Part shown: piece after piece, positions 51,879-64,000 of the stretch
Numbering within the stretch: position 1 is the stretch's first letter
Layout of the letters: each line of letters opens with the position of its first letter
Source: Octopus sinensis
Taxonomy: Eukaryota
DNA: 64,000 bases
Reading direction: 5' to 3'
NCBI RefSeq assembly: GCF_006345805.1
Contig: NC_043008.1
Coordinates: forward strand, 24,738,001 to 24,802,000
Program-made: the position numbers and the translations under genes
Notes under the pieces: model-generated
Databases searched by the model: none
Seen by the model: the letters and a program-made list of their open reading frames with translations, nothing else
What the model was told of the DNA's origin: nothing

Positions 51879-52992
51879 GGCTTAGTAAAATAAATTACTT
51901 TGCCACATACTGAACTCATTAGAAATAGCAGCTAAAAAAATTTTTTTAGCTATTTCTAATACTTAAAGAAAATCTCTCTCAGATAGTGTTTGCTCAAACC
52001 AACTCACGAAGGTATGGGGGTAAAAACATTAAAAAAATCACAAGTGCAAAGGTTATTTGAGAACGTACGTTTCTAGATTAGTCAAATCGACATTTCTTTC
52101 GTCAGCTCAGAACTCCTTGATTCGGATTTGGGAACACTGAAAGAGGGAGCATACCCTTTTGGCTTCTTATCACCTCCGGAAGTCCGCTCGAACTAACAGT
52201 GCTAACAAATTCAAAATATGCAAGCGAAGAATTTCTGCTCTCCCCCTTCCACCAGCGTGGGTTAAAATTGGCAAACACTATGTTCTATCGGTGAAAACCG
52301 AAGCATTAAACAGAGAGAAATGAATTATAATTTAATATTTTGAATTCGCCTTAAATGGTCCCTTTACATACTGAATACTTGGTGAAATTGATTAATAATT
52401 AATTAATTTTACCCTCAATTGTTGAAATTATAATTCATTTCTCTCTGTTTAATGCTTCGGTTTTCACCGATAGAACATAGTGTTTGCCAATTTTAACCCA
52501 CGCTGGTGGAAGGGGGAGAGCAGAAATTCTTCGCTTGCATATTTTGAATTTGTTAGCACTGTTAGTTCGAGCGGACTTCCGGAGGTGATAAGAAGCCAAA
52601 AGGGTATGCTCCCTCTTTCAGTGTTCCCAAATCCGAATCAAGGAGTTCTGAGCTGACGAAAGAAATGTCGATTTGACTAATCTAGAAACGTACGTTCTCA
52701 AATAACCTTTGCACTTGTGATTTTTTTAATGTTTTTACCCCCATACCTTCGTGAGTTGGTTTGAGCAAACACTATCTGAGAGAGATTTTCTTTAAGTATT
52801 AGAAATAGCTAAAAAAATTTTTTTAGCTGCTATTTCTAATGAGTTCAGTATGTGGCAAAGTAATTTATTTTACTAAGCCCTTTTATATAATGTAATATTT
52901 TGAATTCGCCTTAAATGGTCCCTTTACATACTGAATACTTGGTGAAATTGATTAATAATTAATTAATTTTACCCTCAATTGTTGAAATTATA
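51869..52992. repeat. Perfect palindrome: 465-bp arms (51869-52333 and 52425-52889), 91-bp spacer, spacer repeated directly at 52894-52992
   Basis: Arms read as exact reverse complements wherever checked. Confidence 0.95.
52649..52700 (+). ncRNA. Minimal type I hammerhead (mirror copy at 52058-52109, minus strand)
   Basis: tgag CTGACGA aaga..tcta GAAA CGTACG TT ctca. Palindromic stem III ACGTACGT; the stem II closing pair is an A-A mismatch. Confidence 0.6.
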
Positions 52993-53024
52993 TATATATA
53001 TGTATATATATATATGTATGTATG

Positions 53025-53088
<64 letters not shown>

Positions 53089-53859
53089 ATGCATGTATGC
53101 ATGTATGTGTCTTTGTGCTTGCGATTGTCCTCCCATCACCGCTTGACAACCGGTGTTACTGTGTTTATCTCACCCTAACTTAGCGGTTCGACAAAATTTA
53201 CCGACAATAACAGTACTAGGCTTTAAAAATATAAGTCCTGTGGTTGATTTGTTTGACTAAAACCCTTCAAGACGGTGCTTCAGCATGGCCGCAGTCAAAT
53301 GATTGACACATATATAGTAGATTCGAGTAAAGACCTCGTAACGTGCATTGAAGAGATCTTATGCCTTTATTTGACTGCCACATGTTATCCTACAGTAGGG
53401 TATATTCCACGGCTGGATATATAACGATGCATAAGATTAACAGAACAATAATATAACACAAGGATGGAGGATATCAGGCTTTAATAGGAGATAACATTTG
53501 TTTCTGCTCATCACAGCAGATTTCCACTCAGACACACACATGCACGTGCGCGCGCGACACACACACATACACACACACACACCACACACATCAAAGATTT
53601 AGCAAAATTACAGCAAACGGAAAATTTGACAAAAAATAACAAACGAAAAACGCGTAACGAATTACTCCTCAGTCAACGTCCAAATGATGCTTCAGTTTTT
53701 GTGACACCAGTGGCAAAAAGTCCTTGAGAATAGCTAAAGAACGTATATGACACAATAACGTATATGAACACAAATATGACAAAATAAAATGATTCTAATT
53801 ATACATATACAAAAAATAAATATGAGGTTACGCAATATATACATATATATATATATATA

Positions 53860-54600
53860 AATCATAAGGGCACACAAAAGCGCCTACTTGCTAGAAAGAA
53901 GAGTTAAAGCTCTCCTTTAAAAACCTCCAATAATAACACGGAAATATATGACAGAAAAACAGCAGTAGCAGGGCGATCGAGCCCTAAAACTTTTTCACAT
54001 TCCTATATAGCCCGTTGCTATAGATATCTTAGTGTTTAGGTAAACTTGGACCAGGTTTTCTGATCTGGCAAACTGATTCACCCTCCTCACCAAGTATTAC
54101 CGGTTGAAAACCTCTTCAATGTGTCATGTTGAAGTCTGCCGGTGTTCTGAATTGCTTTGCGCCAAAATCAGAACAGCTTCAGGGTAAAAATACCAGTAAG
54201 GAGCGAATATTAAGGAGTGAATATTTATATAGATATTATTATTGTTATTATTATCTGCGGCAATATAAATAGCTAATAATAAGAACAACAATCATATAAG
54301 TGGTTGAAGGCATAAAATAGCATTAGATAGCTTATAGAATTAAAATTTATATCAATCATAAGGGCACACAAAAGCTCTACCTGCTAGAAGGAGGAGTTAA
54401 AACCCTCATTTAAACCACCAATAATAACACTGAAAAATGTGAAGGAAAAACAACAGTGGTCGGGTGAACGGCCTCCCCAAAAATTTTCACATATATTTCT
54501 TGGTATTTGATATACTTGGACCATGGTTTCTGATCTGGCAAACAGCACCCGCTTCCTCAGCAAGTATTACTAGTTGAAAAACCTCTTCAACCTTGAATAA
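53860..54600 (-). mobile_element. Diverged tandem of a roughly 250-bp repeat at 470-bp period, HHR-bearing (pLTR/retrozyme-like)
   Basis: aatcataagggcacacaaaagc..aagtattac..gaaaacctcttcaa occurs at 53860-54120 and 54355-54590. Confidence 0.65.
54513..54566 (-). ncRNA. Type I hammerhead with insertion before stem II (degenerate twin at 54043-54096)
   Basis: tacttg CTGAGGA agcggg tgctg tttgc cagatca GAAA CCATGG TC caagta. 6-bp stem I, palindromic stem III, GUC site. Confidence 0.65.
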
Positions 54601-55744
54601 TTGCTACTTATTGGTATTTTGACACTGAATCTGTTCTGATTTTGGCGCAAACCAATTCCGAATGTTCAAAAATATCTTCCTCTATATATTTCTTGAAACA
54701 ACAATTGATTCTGTACACGATGGCTCGTCTTTTCAGATATAATTACTATTTTATATTGGTATCTTTTGATTCTGAAGAAGCAAATGTAATGAAATTAAAA
54801 TGATGATAACTGAAAGCAAAGTTTGTTAAATATTAACTAAAGTATAGTTACCACGATTCAGTTTCAGTATAATAGAAATTCAACTTATATATTACGCTAT
54901 TAACAACTAAAAATATAATCTAAAACCACGCATTGCTTTTATTCGACCAAGAATTGAGCAATCGTCGTTTCATTCATTATTATTTTACTATTGGTTTATC
55001 GATATTGATTATAAAAGGTATTCAACTTCTGTGAATGATATAAGTAATCTGTGACTTTTCTGCGTTTGTAAATTAGCTAAATTTAGAATTTGGGAGAAAT
55101 AGCTGTATCGTGTTCTCGATCAACTAGTACCTCATCTTGTCGCATGTTTTGTTCACATCATTTATTCTTACTACATTAAGACAAGTTACCACAAATTTCC
55201 CGGATAATTCTTTTTTTACAATATCGATGTTTTCTTATTTCTTTACAGATTTATATCCGCTAAGTAGACAAAAAGGTTCAAGTAGCACAGTCGATTTTAA
55301 AACAATCAAACTGGCCAAAAAAACAATGAAAAACGGCCTTTGTCGATCTTAATTCTTAAAATGGCTATAATGAAAACAGTTTATACAAAAGATTCAAATT
55401 ATTATACACTCGTTCAATCAATGTGCGCACACAACAATAGCGCCACGTACTCGAATCTTACTTTGCCTGTCTGAGATTTATTATTTCTATACTCTCACCA
55501 AGTCTTTGTGCATAGTTTTATGTGCTCTCACTCAAAAGACATCGAGTGTTGTTCAAAACACGCACACACACATATACACGCGCGCGCGCACACACACACA
55601 CACACATACACACACACACACACACATATTAACACCTCCATTACGTGTTGGATATTACAGCAGCCTTTGCAGTAAAAGACAAACACTCAACGAAATATTC
55701 CATGACGAAATGAATGCATGTGCATAGGTGAGTGCTCAGATTTC

Positions 55745-56190
55745 TTCGTACCGACTGCAAAAGTTATCTGTTGTCTCCACATAAGGGAAAAACACTACAG
55801 CTTCAAAATGGTCACACCATCAATAGAGGTTACTATACCAACTTGCTGAGGCAATTACGAAAGGCTATGAAGACCGAAAGCCCAGAAATACTAACGAAAG
55901 GGATATTGTTCCATGCGGACAATACTCTAGCACACAAGTCTTTGCTTTCAATGATTGCTGTGCGTGACTGTTTATCACCCTTACTATTCTCCTGATTTGG
56001 CACCAACTGAATATGAAAAATTCCCGAACATGAAAAAGCATTTGGCTTTGAAAGCTTCTTCAACAATGGCTTCCAAGCAATACGACACCAATGTAATAAG
56101 TACGTGTACCGCAAGGGGGTGCATATTGAAAAATAAACCTCATTTAGTCACTATCTATAACAGTATCTTGGTCAGCTGACTTTCGTACAT
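55745..56190 (+). mobile_element. Decayed mariner (DD34D-type) transposase 3' fragment
   Basis: YYTNLLRQLRKA..KGILFHADNTLAH and HPYYSPDLAPTEYEKFPNMKKHL. Confidence 0.85.
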
Positions 56191-56930
56191 GTTAAGTCTA
56201 TGATATTCCGCACGCTATTATCTAAGGCATAGGACCAAAAAGTGTTCAATAAAAGTTAATGTTAGAATATTCAGAACTATTATGCATTTTCCTCTGCAAT
56301 ATTTTGACTATAACTTCTTAGATATATCTACGTTAATACATACCATCTATATACCATTTTAAATGCGTTCTTCATTTTCCAAGATTCATTATGTCTAATT
56401 TAGTAATATATCTACCATGAAGCTCGACATATAATGGTGTCCATTATTATTTTTAATTTTCACTGATTGCTTCCATCTTCTCTTTCTCTTCACGTAAACT
56501 TATGTGCTGTTAAAGTTTCACGACACACCATACTATTTTCCTGTTAAACTCATTTACATATGAATGCATCTAAGGTTTTTCTTTTCATATCAACGCATTT
56601 CTCTCCTCTCAATACTCTTTATCTACTTTGATGCAACCCTTGCTTATATATGTGCATTAATCGTCATATTTGTCTTTCTTGCATTCACTGCATGCACATT
56701 TTCAGTTTTACTTCAACTACAGTCCTTTCTGCTTTTCCCAATACTATGTTCGAAACACGTGCACGCTCTCTCTCTCTCTTTCTCTTTCTTTTCTGATTCA
56801 TTCATTCTTTCTTTCTTTCGTTCTTTCTCTCTCTAGTTTTATATACCATCCAATTTATTGATAAAAATATGTGTGTAAAAATTTATTACAATTTAAAATA
56901 ATTATATTATTGAGACTTTTGGACATATAT

Positions 56931-57976
56931 AGAGTCATTAACTTATCATTTTTCTGGAAGAGAAATTAAACTTTGATCTTTAGTTGACTGATTTAAAGTC
57001 AAAAGATGTTCATTTAAATAGTGATGCACCTAATAGGAAAATAGGACTATTGGACATATACAGAATGAAATTTTAGAAATGGGTTTAGCATTGATTTTCA
57101 GTTTAAAGCCTGTATCATATTACTTACCTTGGAATGCGAGTTTCTCATGAACGAAGCATTAACTGCGTAAATAATAATCATTTAATGTTCCAACCCCTTA
57201 AATTACGGGAAAACCACATGATCGATCTGCATCCCCATTCCATTTGTTAAGGTACTTTACATTTAGAAACTGCCTTTTGCACATTACTGCTGAAACACAA
57301 TATCCCCTATCAGTTTTGATCGAATTTTGCCGCATTTCTAAATAACATTCACCATTAACAACGTGTTCTTGAGATGAAAATGATCCAGTGATGTTATCTA
57401 TTTCATATGTACACCAGATGTAATGTTTAGGGGAATCTTTCATGTTCTTGAAATCCATATGCTTTTGGGCGTCTCATTCGCGTCAGTGAAACTTGATGAA
57501 TTTATACCAATAGTGTGTGGTGATATTTAATACTAAATGGTTAAAATGTGATGCATCGCCGACAAGCTTGAAGCTGAATTGATGACATAATATTAATCAT
57601 GCATTATAATACGCTTCTAAAACATTTGATGCATTTGAGCTTTGGAGGATTTTATTTGGCATTTCATTCATAGAATTTTACAAACTGATTCTGAAAAGGT
57701 CAGCTCATAAGAATCTAGTTTCATTGATTTTTGTAGACGTTCCAAGAAAGCATTCTACTATGGATGCTAAGTTTTCTTCTCTTACACTGTCTTTAATTGA
57801 TCTTCCAGATCGTGCATTACTATTGACAGATGTTTAGATAAACACTTTAATCCAGTTAGCTATGGATTTCCTATGAGGTGCATCACTACTTAAATGAAGA
57901 TCTTTTAATTTTAACTTAGTCAACAAAAGAACAAAGTTTAATTTCTCTTCTAGAAAAATGATAAGTTAATGACTCT
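56931..57976 (-). mobile_element. Decayed Tc1/mariner element with about 110-bp imperfect TIRs
   Basis: agagtcattaacttatcatttttc.. (56931) is the reverse complement of ..gaaaaatgataagttaatgactct (57976). The internal remnant IWC..ITGSF..VVNGECYLEM..RQFLNVKYLNKWNG is transposase-like. Confidence 0.75.
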
Positions 57977-58784
57977 GAATATTAGTTCTGTTCCATATTA
58001 CTGGAACTGAATACACTTTAAAAACATTACAAGTCTCACTTTTCTGGAAATTTTGATCTTTGTATCTTTCTCAGTCATTCAACTGCTTGTTCTCGGTACC
58101 GGTTATGCTGCTCTTGACACTGAGGGAATCAACAAATCTCTTTTAAAATCATTTAATCAGATCTTACTCCATCAATGGAGTAGCCTCTCCTCACACTTGC
58201 CACTTAATCCTGTTTAACATTTTACTTTCTCTGATCAATATACTTCTAGATTATTCACAATGAAGAGAAAGAGAGAAACTGCGCATCTCTTTACGATTCT
58301 CTTCTCCAGGCCTTGACGCCGAGTTTCAAATTAGGCTATTGTGAAACGAAACTGAATATCTCCGAAGTAGCCCTTTGATGTAAAGAAGGATATAAGTAGT
58401 GGTCTTGGGCTGTAAATATGCAGAACTGATCTGTACACATTGCCCCACTCATAGCAGAAACACTGACATATCATTTCGCTTTCTCTTTACCACACATATC
58501 ATTTGATTGAAAATTCCGTTCTTTTCAACATAGGAGTGTATCTTTAAATACACATAATGCACGCCGGTGCACAGATATATGGCACATGCATACACACACA
58601 TTTACATGCATGCATACTTACATACATACATATATACATACATACATACATATATATATATATATGTGTGTGTGCGTGTGTGTGTTTGTATGTGTGTGTA
58701 CACAAGCTCGGGGAACATGATTTGCACAGCGTAGACATACAACTAAATTACTGGTTTTGCTGATATTATGCTGGTGTTGTTTCT

Positions 58785-58934
58785 ACTACTACTACTACTA
58801 CTACTACTACTATTACTACTACTACCACTACCACTACTACTACTATTACTACTACTATTACTACTACTACTGCTGCTGCTACTACAACTACCATTACTAC
58901 TTTTAATAACAACAACAACAACAGCAACAACAAC

Positions 58935-59019
<85 letters not shown>

Positions 59020-59020
59020 T
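58785..59020. repeat. (CTA)n(AAC)n(TAA)n microsatellite
   Basis: Direct reading. Confidence 0.95.
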
Positions 59021-60875
59021 GAGGTGCGATGAGACGCCACACGTTGCATGAAATACTAGCACCTCATTTGAATGAGTATGTCCAGAGAGGTACAGTCCCC
59101 GCATAGATGGTGACTGGAAGGACAACACTTATAATGAAAGATAGAAGAAAGGGAAATATTGTGGGAAACTACAGTCCCATAGCATGCCTAAATATAACCT
59201 GGAAGATACTCACTAGAATATGAGCGGCAAAGACATAATTTCCGGGCACAAGAAGGAATACTACCAATTGAACAAAAAGGACGTAGGGAGAGTTCTAAGA
59301 GTACCAAGGATCACCTGGTCCTCGATAAAACAATTTTGAGGCATTGTAAAATTATCATACAAGCATGTCTATGGCTTGGACTGAATTTAAGAAGGCATAT
59401 GATATGATGACTCATTCTTGGATTCTTGGATTGTTGAATGTCTGCAGATGTTTGCTGTTGCTGACAACATCACAAGTTTTCTGATGCATGGCATGAAAGA
59501 GCGGAAAACCAAATTGTACTCAAGTAATGTATTACTTGGAGAAGTTAATATCAAAATGGGAATCTTCCAACGTGATTAGTTTTCTCCGTTACTATTTGCA
59601 CTTACTATTTTTAATTGCACTAACACCCATAAAAGTGAAACTTAGGAAAGTTAAGATGGGTTACGGATGTCGGAAGAAAGGTCCATCATTGAACCATATT
59701 CTATTTATAGATGACCTGAAGTTGTTTGGGAAATCTGAAAAAACAGATAAATTCCTTAACCAAAACAGTCCAGAGGTTTGGTAGGGACATCGGTATGGAA
59801 TTTAGGATTACCAAATGCTCAGTACTTAATGTGAAAAGTGGTAAGAAAGCAGCCTGCAGACAATTAATGTTACCATCAGGAAAGGTCATGGACGACCCGA
59901 CGGTAGTGGGTATAGATATTTAGGGATTTTGGAGCTGGATGACATTCTACACTGAGGAATAAAAGTCAATGTCTACGAGGCGTATCAAAATAGGGGGAAG
60001 ATTGTGTTGAAATGTAACCTGAATGCCAAAACTTTGATTACCGCAATGAATATCTGGGTAGTTGCGGTTTTCAGATATAGTGCATCAATCCTGAAATGGA
60101 CTAAGGAGGAAATATCAACACTGGATAGAAGGACGAGAAAGTTGATGACGCTGCATGTGGCGCTATACTCTAAAGCAAACGTAAACAGACTGTATATGAA
60201 GAGAAAGAAAACCAGGCTCTCGCTATCAATTCAGTAAAGCATAACATCTATAGAACATCTAACACCTAGAAATGCAGACTCGGTGGGAAGAGTGTGGAAA
60301 CTGTGACCAGCTTCGTAAGAGGATGTGAGAGCTTTGCACAAAAGCATACAATCGCCACCACAATAAAATGTGTGTATCTTCATTGGCTCTTATGCCGTAA
60401 ATACCAATATGAAGTAGCAGGGAACTGGTATGAGTCAAGTAAATTTGTGCAGGAGGATAGAAAACTAACGTTACTCTGGCACTATGATTTTCAGACGGGT
60501 CGTGTAATCGAACACCGTCGGCCGGATATTGTCATATTGAATAAGAGAGACAAATATCAGATCATGAATGTAGCCATACGAAATGACATGAATATTGTGA
60601 GTAAAGAGGTTGAAAAAATCACAAATATTCCGAATTGAAAGTGGGAATGGAAAGACTGTATGGAATGTGAGAAGGTAATGTAAACGTGATACTAGTGGTG
60701 ATCCCATTGAAACTTCAAAACTAAGACACCTGGAAATCTCATGCAAGATTAATGTCTTGCAAAAAGCAGCCTTATTGAGCATAGCACAAATCTTAAGGAA
60801 AGTATTATGTCTGAGGTCCTTATGGTGACTTGACAGATGACTTTTCACCTACACAGTAATACGAAGGAATAATAG
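59021..60875 (+). mobile_element. Decayed R4/Dong-clade element, paralog of 4856-6580
   Basis: NHILFIDDLKLFGK, AKTLITAMNIWVVAVFRYS, QTGRVIEHRRPDIVI and QKAALL. Starts directly after (TAA)n. Confidence 0.9.
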
Positions 60876-60879
60876 TAAG

Positions 60880-61480
60880 AGACCTCATGACAATATAGCG
60901 AAGATTGTCCATTAGACACTTTGCAACAAGTACGGACTTCACAAAGCAAAAAGTCGGTATGAACATAAACCCAAACGCATCATCAAAAATGATAATGCGA
61001 AGATCCCATGGAATTTTATGATTCAGTGAAACATTGAGATAAAGAATATGAAACCAGATATAGTGTTAATTATGAAAGTTAAATGATGCCGGATCATAGA
61101 TATAGCATGCCCAGCTGACAACAATCTATGCGATGCGGAAGAAAGAAAAGTCGATAGATATAAGAGTCTAGCTTGGGAGGTTAAGCTTGAGAGGTTAAGT
61201 CGATAGATATAAGATGTTAGATTGGGAGGTTAAGCAGTTGTGGTCGATGAAAAATAATTGTCGGAACTCTGGGAACAATGAGTAAAAATGTTGAGAAGAA
61301 CATGGAAGAAATAGGAGGTGCAATAACGGTAGAGCACTTGCAGAAAACAGCGCTGCTTGGAACCGCTCGAATAGTCTGGATAGTGCTCGAAAAATAAGGG
61401 GTGTTACATTAGTTCACTGGTGGTGAACATCTAGAACCGTAGTACATCTCCAGCAATAGAATCTGTGCAAAGACAATATA
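60880..61480 (+). mobile_element. 3' fragment of another R4/Dong subfamily
   Basis: Degenerate PDIV..IDIACPADN and QKTALLGTARIV remnants, followed by (TAA)n. Confidence 0.8.
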
Positions 61481-61552
61481 ATAATATTGATAATAATAAT
61501 AATAATAATAAAAATAATAATAATAATAATAACAACAACAATAACAACAATG

Positions 61553-61598
<46 letters not shown>

Positions 61599-61641
61599 TG
61601 ATGATGATGATAATAATAATAATAATAATAATATAATAATA

Positions 61642-62190
61642 ATGCAGTACCAGGCAGTGGCTCTCATGGCTTCTGATCTTAACTGATTGGAAGTGTTATC
61701 ATGTACATTGTTTTGTCTTGGTATAAAAGATGGGCTACAGCAAATATTCTGCTCAATACCACAGATTTGCTTGTCAGTTGTTTGACCTTAACCAGTTGAG
61801 CATGTCCCTTAGTGGCTGACGATATGTGCATCTCTGATCACGAGCAGAAGTAGTGGGGGAGCATCATGGCCATGTGTTGAGAGGGATTCTTTGGAGTTTG
61901 AATGGTTCACCTCTGGAAACATAGGTGTTTCGTTCAACATCCTAAAGCAACCCTTATTCAGGGACCGTTTGAGCAGGATGGGCTACTCAACCTGAAGAAA
62001 ATTCTAACTGGGCCCCACCTGCAAGGTCATGTGCTGTTTATCTTGATATGAGATCACCATGTCGCGCACATATGGTTGTGATGCATGTGCCTGGTGTACC
62101 TTTATCAGACGGGTAGTCATGATGGGTATATTGGGCTTCGTATATTTTACCCCAGTGTCACTTTGATGGCATGAACTGCTCTCTCACTCA
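61642..62190 (+). mobile_element. About 545-bp non-coding retroposon flanked by (TAA)n on both sides
   Basis: No ORF. An inverted, 5'-shortened second copy lies at 62732-63205. Confidence 0.75.
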
Positions 62191-62239
62191 ATAATAATAA
62201 TAATAATAATAATAGGTGATGGTGATAATGATAAAAATA

Positions 62240-62690
62240 ATAGCACAGGAATCTGAGGCCCAACTACCTCTAAATGCAGGGATTTGGAAATAAAATTTGG
62301 ACAGAAGAATAAACACACAATGAAAAGCCCCCTGGATTGATAGAATATCTACAGAACTGGTCTCCTTAGAGGAGCAAAAGTGGGAGGGTGTCAAGGTAGA
62401 AGATATAAGATCTGCTCTCAGGATGTCAAGCAAATGGAAGTCTCCAGGAAAAGATAAAATTCCTAACCTCTGGTTGAATGCCTTCCCAGAGAGCCATGAA
62501 CTGCTAACAGAACTTTACAATGATGTTTTGCAACACCCTAGAAGGATGCCTGCTTGGATAGTAAATGGGTTAACATTCCTGCTTTCAAAAAGTGAAGAAA
62601 CAAATGAACCGAAAAACTATAGACCCATAACTTGCTTAACAGCTATGTATAAAACGCTAACATCTGTCCTGACGGAATATACCATGTGCT
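62240..62690 (+). mobile_element. Internal R4/Dong RT fragment
   Basis: KWKSPGKDKIPNLWL..PKNYRPITCLTAMYKTLTSVL. Confidence 0.85.
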
Positions 62691-62731
62691 GCTTATCTTC
62701 ATATGAGTATCTATACAGTTATTATTATTAT

Positions 62732-63205
62732 TGAGTGAGAGAGCAGTTCATGCCATCAAAGTGACACTGGGGTAAAATATACGAAGCCCAATATACCCAT
62801 CATGACTACCCGTCTGATAAGGGTACACCAGGCACATGCATCACAACCATATGTGCGCGACATGGTGATCTCATATCAAGATAAACAGCGCATGACCTTG
62901 CAGGTGGGGCCCAGTTAGAATTTTCTTCAGGTTGAGTAGCCCATCCCGCTCAAACGGTCCCTGAATAAGGGTTGTTTAAGGATGTTGAAAAAAACACCCA
63001 TGTTTCCAGAGGTGAACTATTCAAACCCCAAAGAATCCCTCTCAACATATGGCTATGATGCTCTCCCACTTCTTCTGCTTGTGATCAAAGCTGCACATAT
63101 CGTCAGCCACTAAGGAACATGGTCAACTGGTTAAAGTCAAACAGCTGACAAGCAAATCTGTGGTATTGAGCAGAATATTTGCTGTAGCCCATCTTTTATA
63201 TTCTT
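62732..63205 (-). mobile_element. Second, inverted copy of the 61642 retroposon
   Basis: Reverse complement of 61720-62190. Confidence 0.8.
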
Positions 63206-63224
63206 CTTTTCTCCTCTTCTTCTT

Positions 63225-63255
<31 letters not shown>

Positions 63256-63269
63256 TTATTATTATTATA

Positions 63270-63311
<42 letters not shown>

Positions 63312-63315
<4 letters not shown>

Positions 63316-64000
63316 GTTTGACTTTTGCTTTACATGTGCACAAGCTGGCTCCAAGTCTCACCCAGAGACATCAAGAGACAACAAGTTGGAAGTCCATGTT
63401 GGTGTTATGCTTAGGGTGCCATATATTTGGTTTTGTACTTAGTGTTGTACTAGTGAATGCCAAAAAAAAACCATACGAAAATTGTTTGTTTTAAAACTTG
63501 AGATTTCATAGAAATAATTTTCGTAGGATATGAGCAGTTCCCATGAGCACTATCTTCTGACTTTCTTCCACTTTGGGGTTTCCTGGTATCTGAGTTAGGT
63601 AGCAATCAGCCCCTTTTGCTATCATTTCCAGGGCACCTATGACAACAGGTATTGTTTTAGTCGTCAGGTTCCACATTTTGCTGATTTCTATTTCAAGATC
63701 TTTATACTTGCTCAGTTTCTGGTAGGTCTTGACAGATACATTTATATCGATTGGGACAGTCACATCAATGAGGAGGCATGTTTTTTGTCTTAAGTCTTTT
63801 ACTATGATGTCTGGCCTATTCGCATCTATCTTTCTGTCAGTTTGAATGGTAAAGTTCCAGAGGAGTGAGATGTGGTCATTTTCAAGCACTGGAGGTGGTT
63901 TGTGTTCCCACCAGTTTTTATCATGAGGCAAGTCCAGATTTTTGCAAATTATTCAGTAAATATATTGTGCAGCTCTATCATGCCTGTTGAGATACTCTGT
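63312..64000 (-). mobile_element. R4/Dong 3' end (RLE + 3' UTR), continues beyond the window
   Basis: RHDRAAQ..WWEHKP..QTDRKIDANRPDIIV..QKLSKYKDL..MGTAHILRK, ending in (TAA)n. Confidence 0.9.

Larger units (their letters stand above)
51690..53310 (+). mobile_element. SINE family A split by the palindromic insertion (5' half 51690-51840, 3' half 53105-53310)
   Basis: Halves match 22779-23195. Confidence 0.8.

Noticed and set aside
61645-61860. Short U1 snRNA-like words (taccaggcagtgg, gatcacga, gtagtggggga)
   Set aside because: Spacing is not collinear with U1 and the matches are short, so they are probably chance.

Overview
AT-rich, microsatellite-dense eukaryotic DNA in which I recognise no host gene. 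It is probably intergenic or a large intron. The SINE families and repeat landscape strongly suggest an octopus or other coleoid cephalopod genome (inference). The window is a mosaic of mobile elements. These include a near-full-length Penelope-like element (PLE; RT + GIY-YIG) with inverted terminal repeats, a nearly intact RTE LINE with a duplicated 5' end, and a 5'-truncated RTE with an 11-bp TSD. There are also several R4/Dong-clade fragments sitting in (TAA)n tracts, two decayed L1/Tx1 copies, a CR1 fragment, a complete Chapaev3 transposon (TTA TSD), two Tc1/mariner relics and many tRNA-type SINEs. The most notable unexplained layer is a set of minimal type I hammerhead ribozyme (HHR) motifs from about seven unrelated repeat families. 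They include a 401-bp tandem unit with two canonical-core HHRs (retrozyme-like), a 470-bp tandem unit, and a roughly 1-kb perfect palindrome carrying opposed HHRs. Coordinates of decayed elements are approximate and were read by eye.
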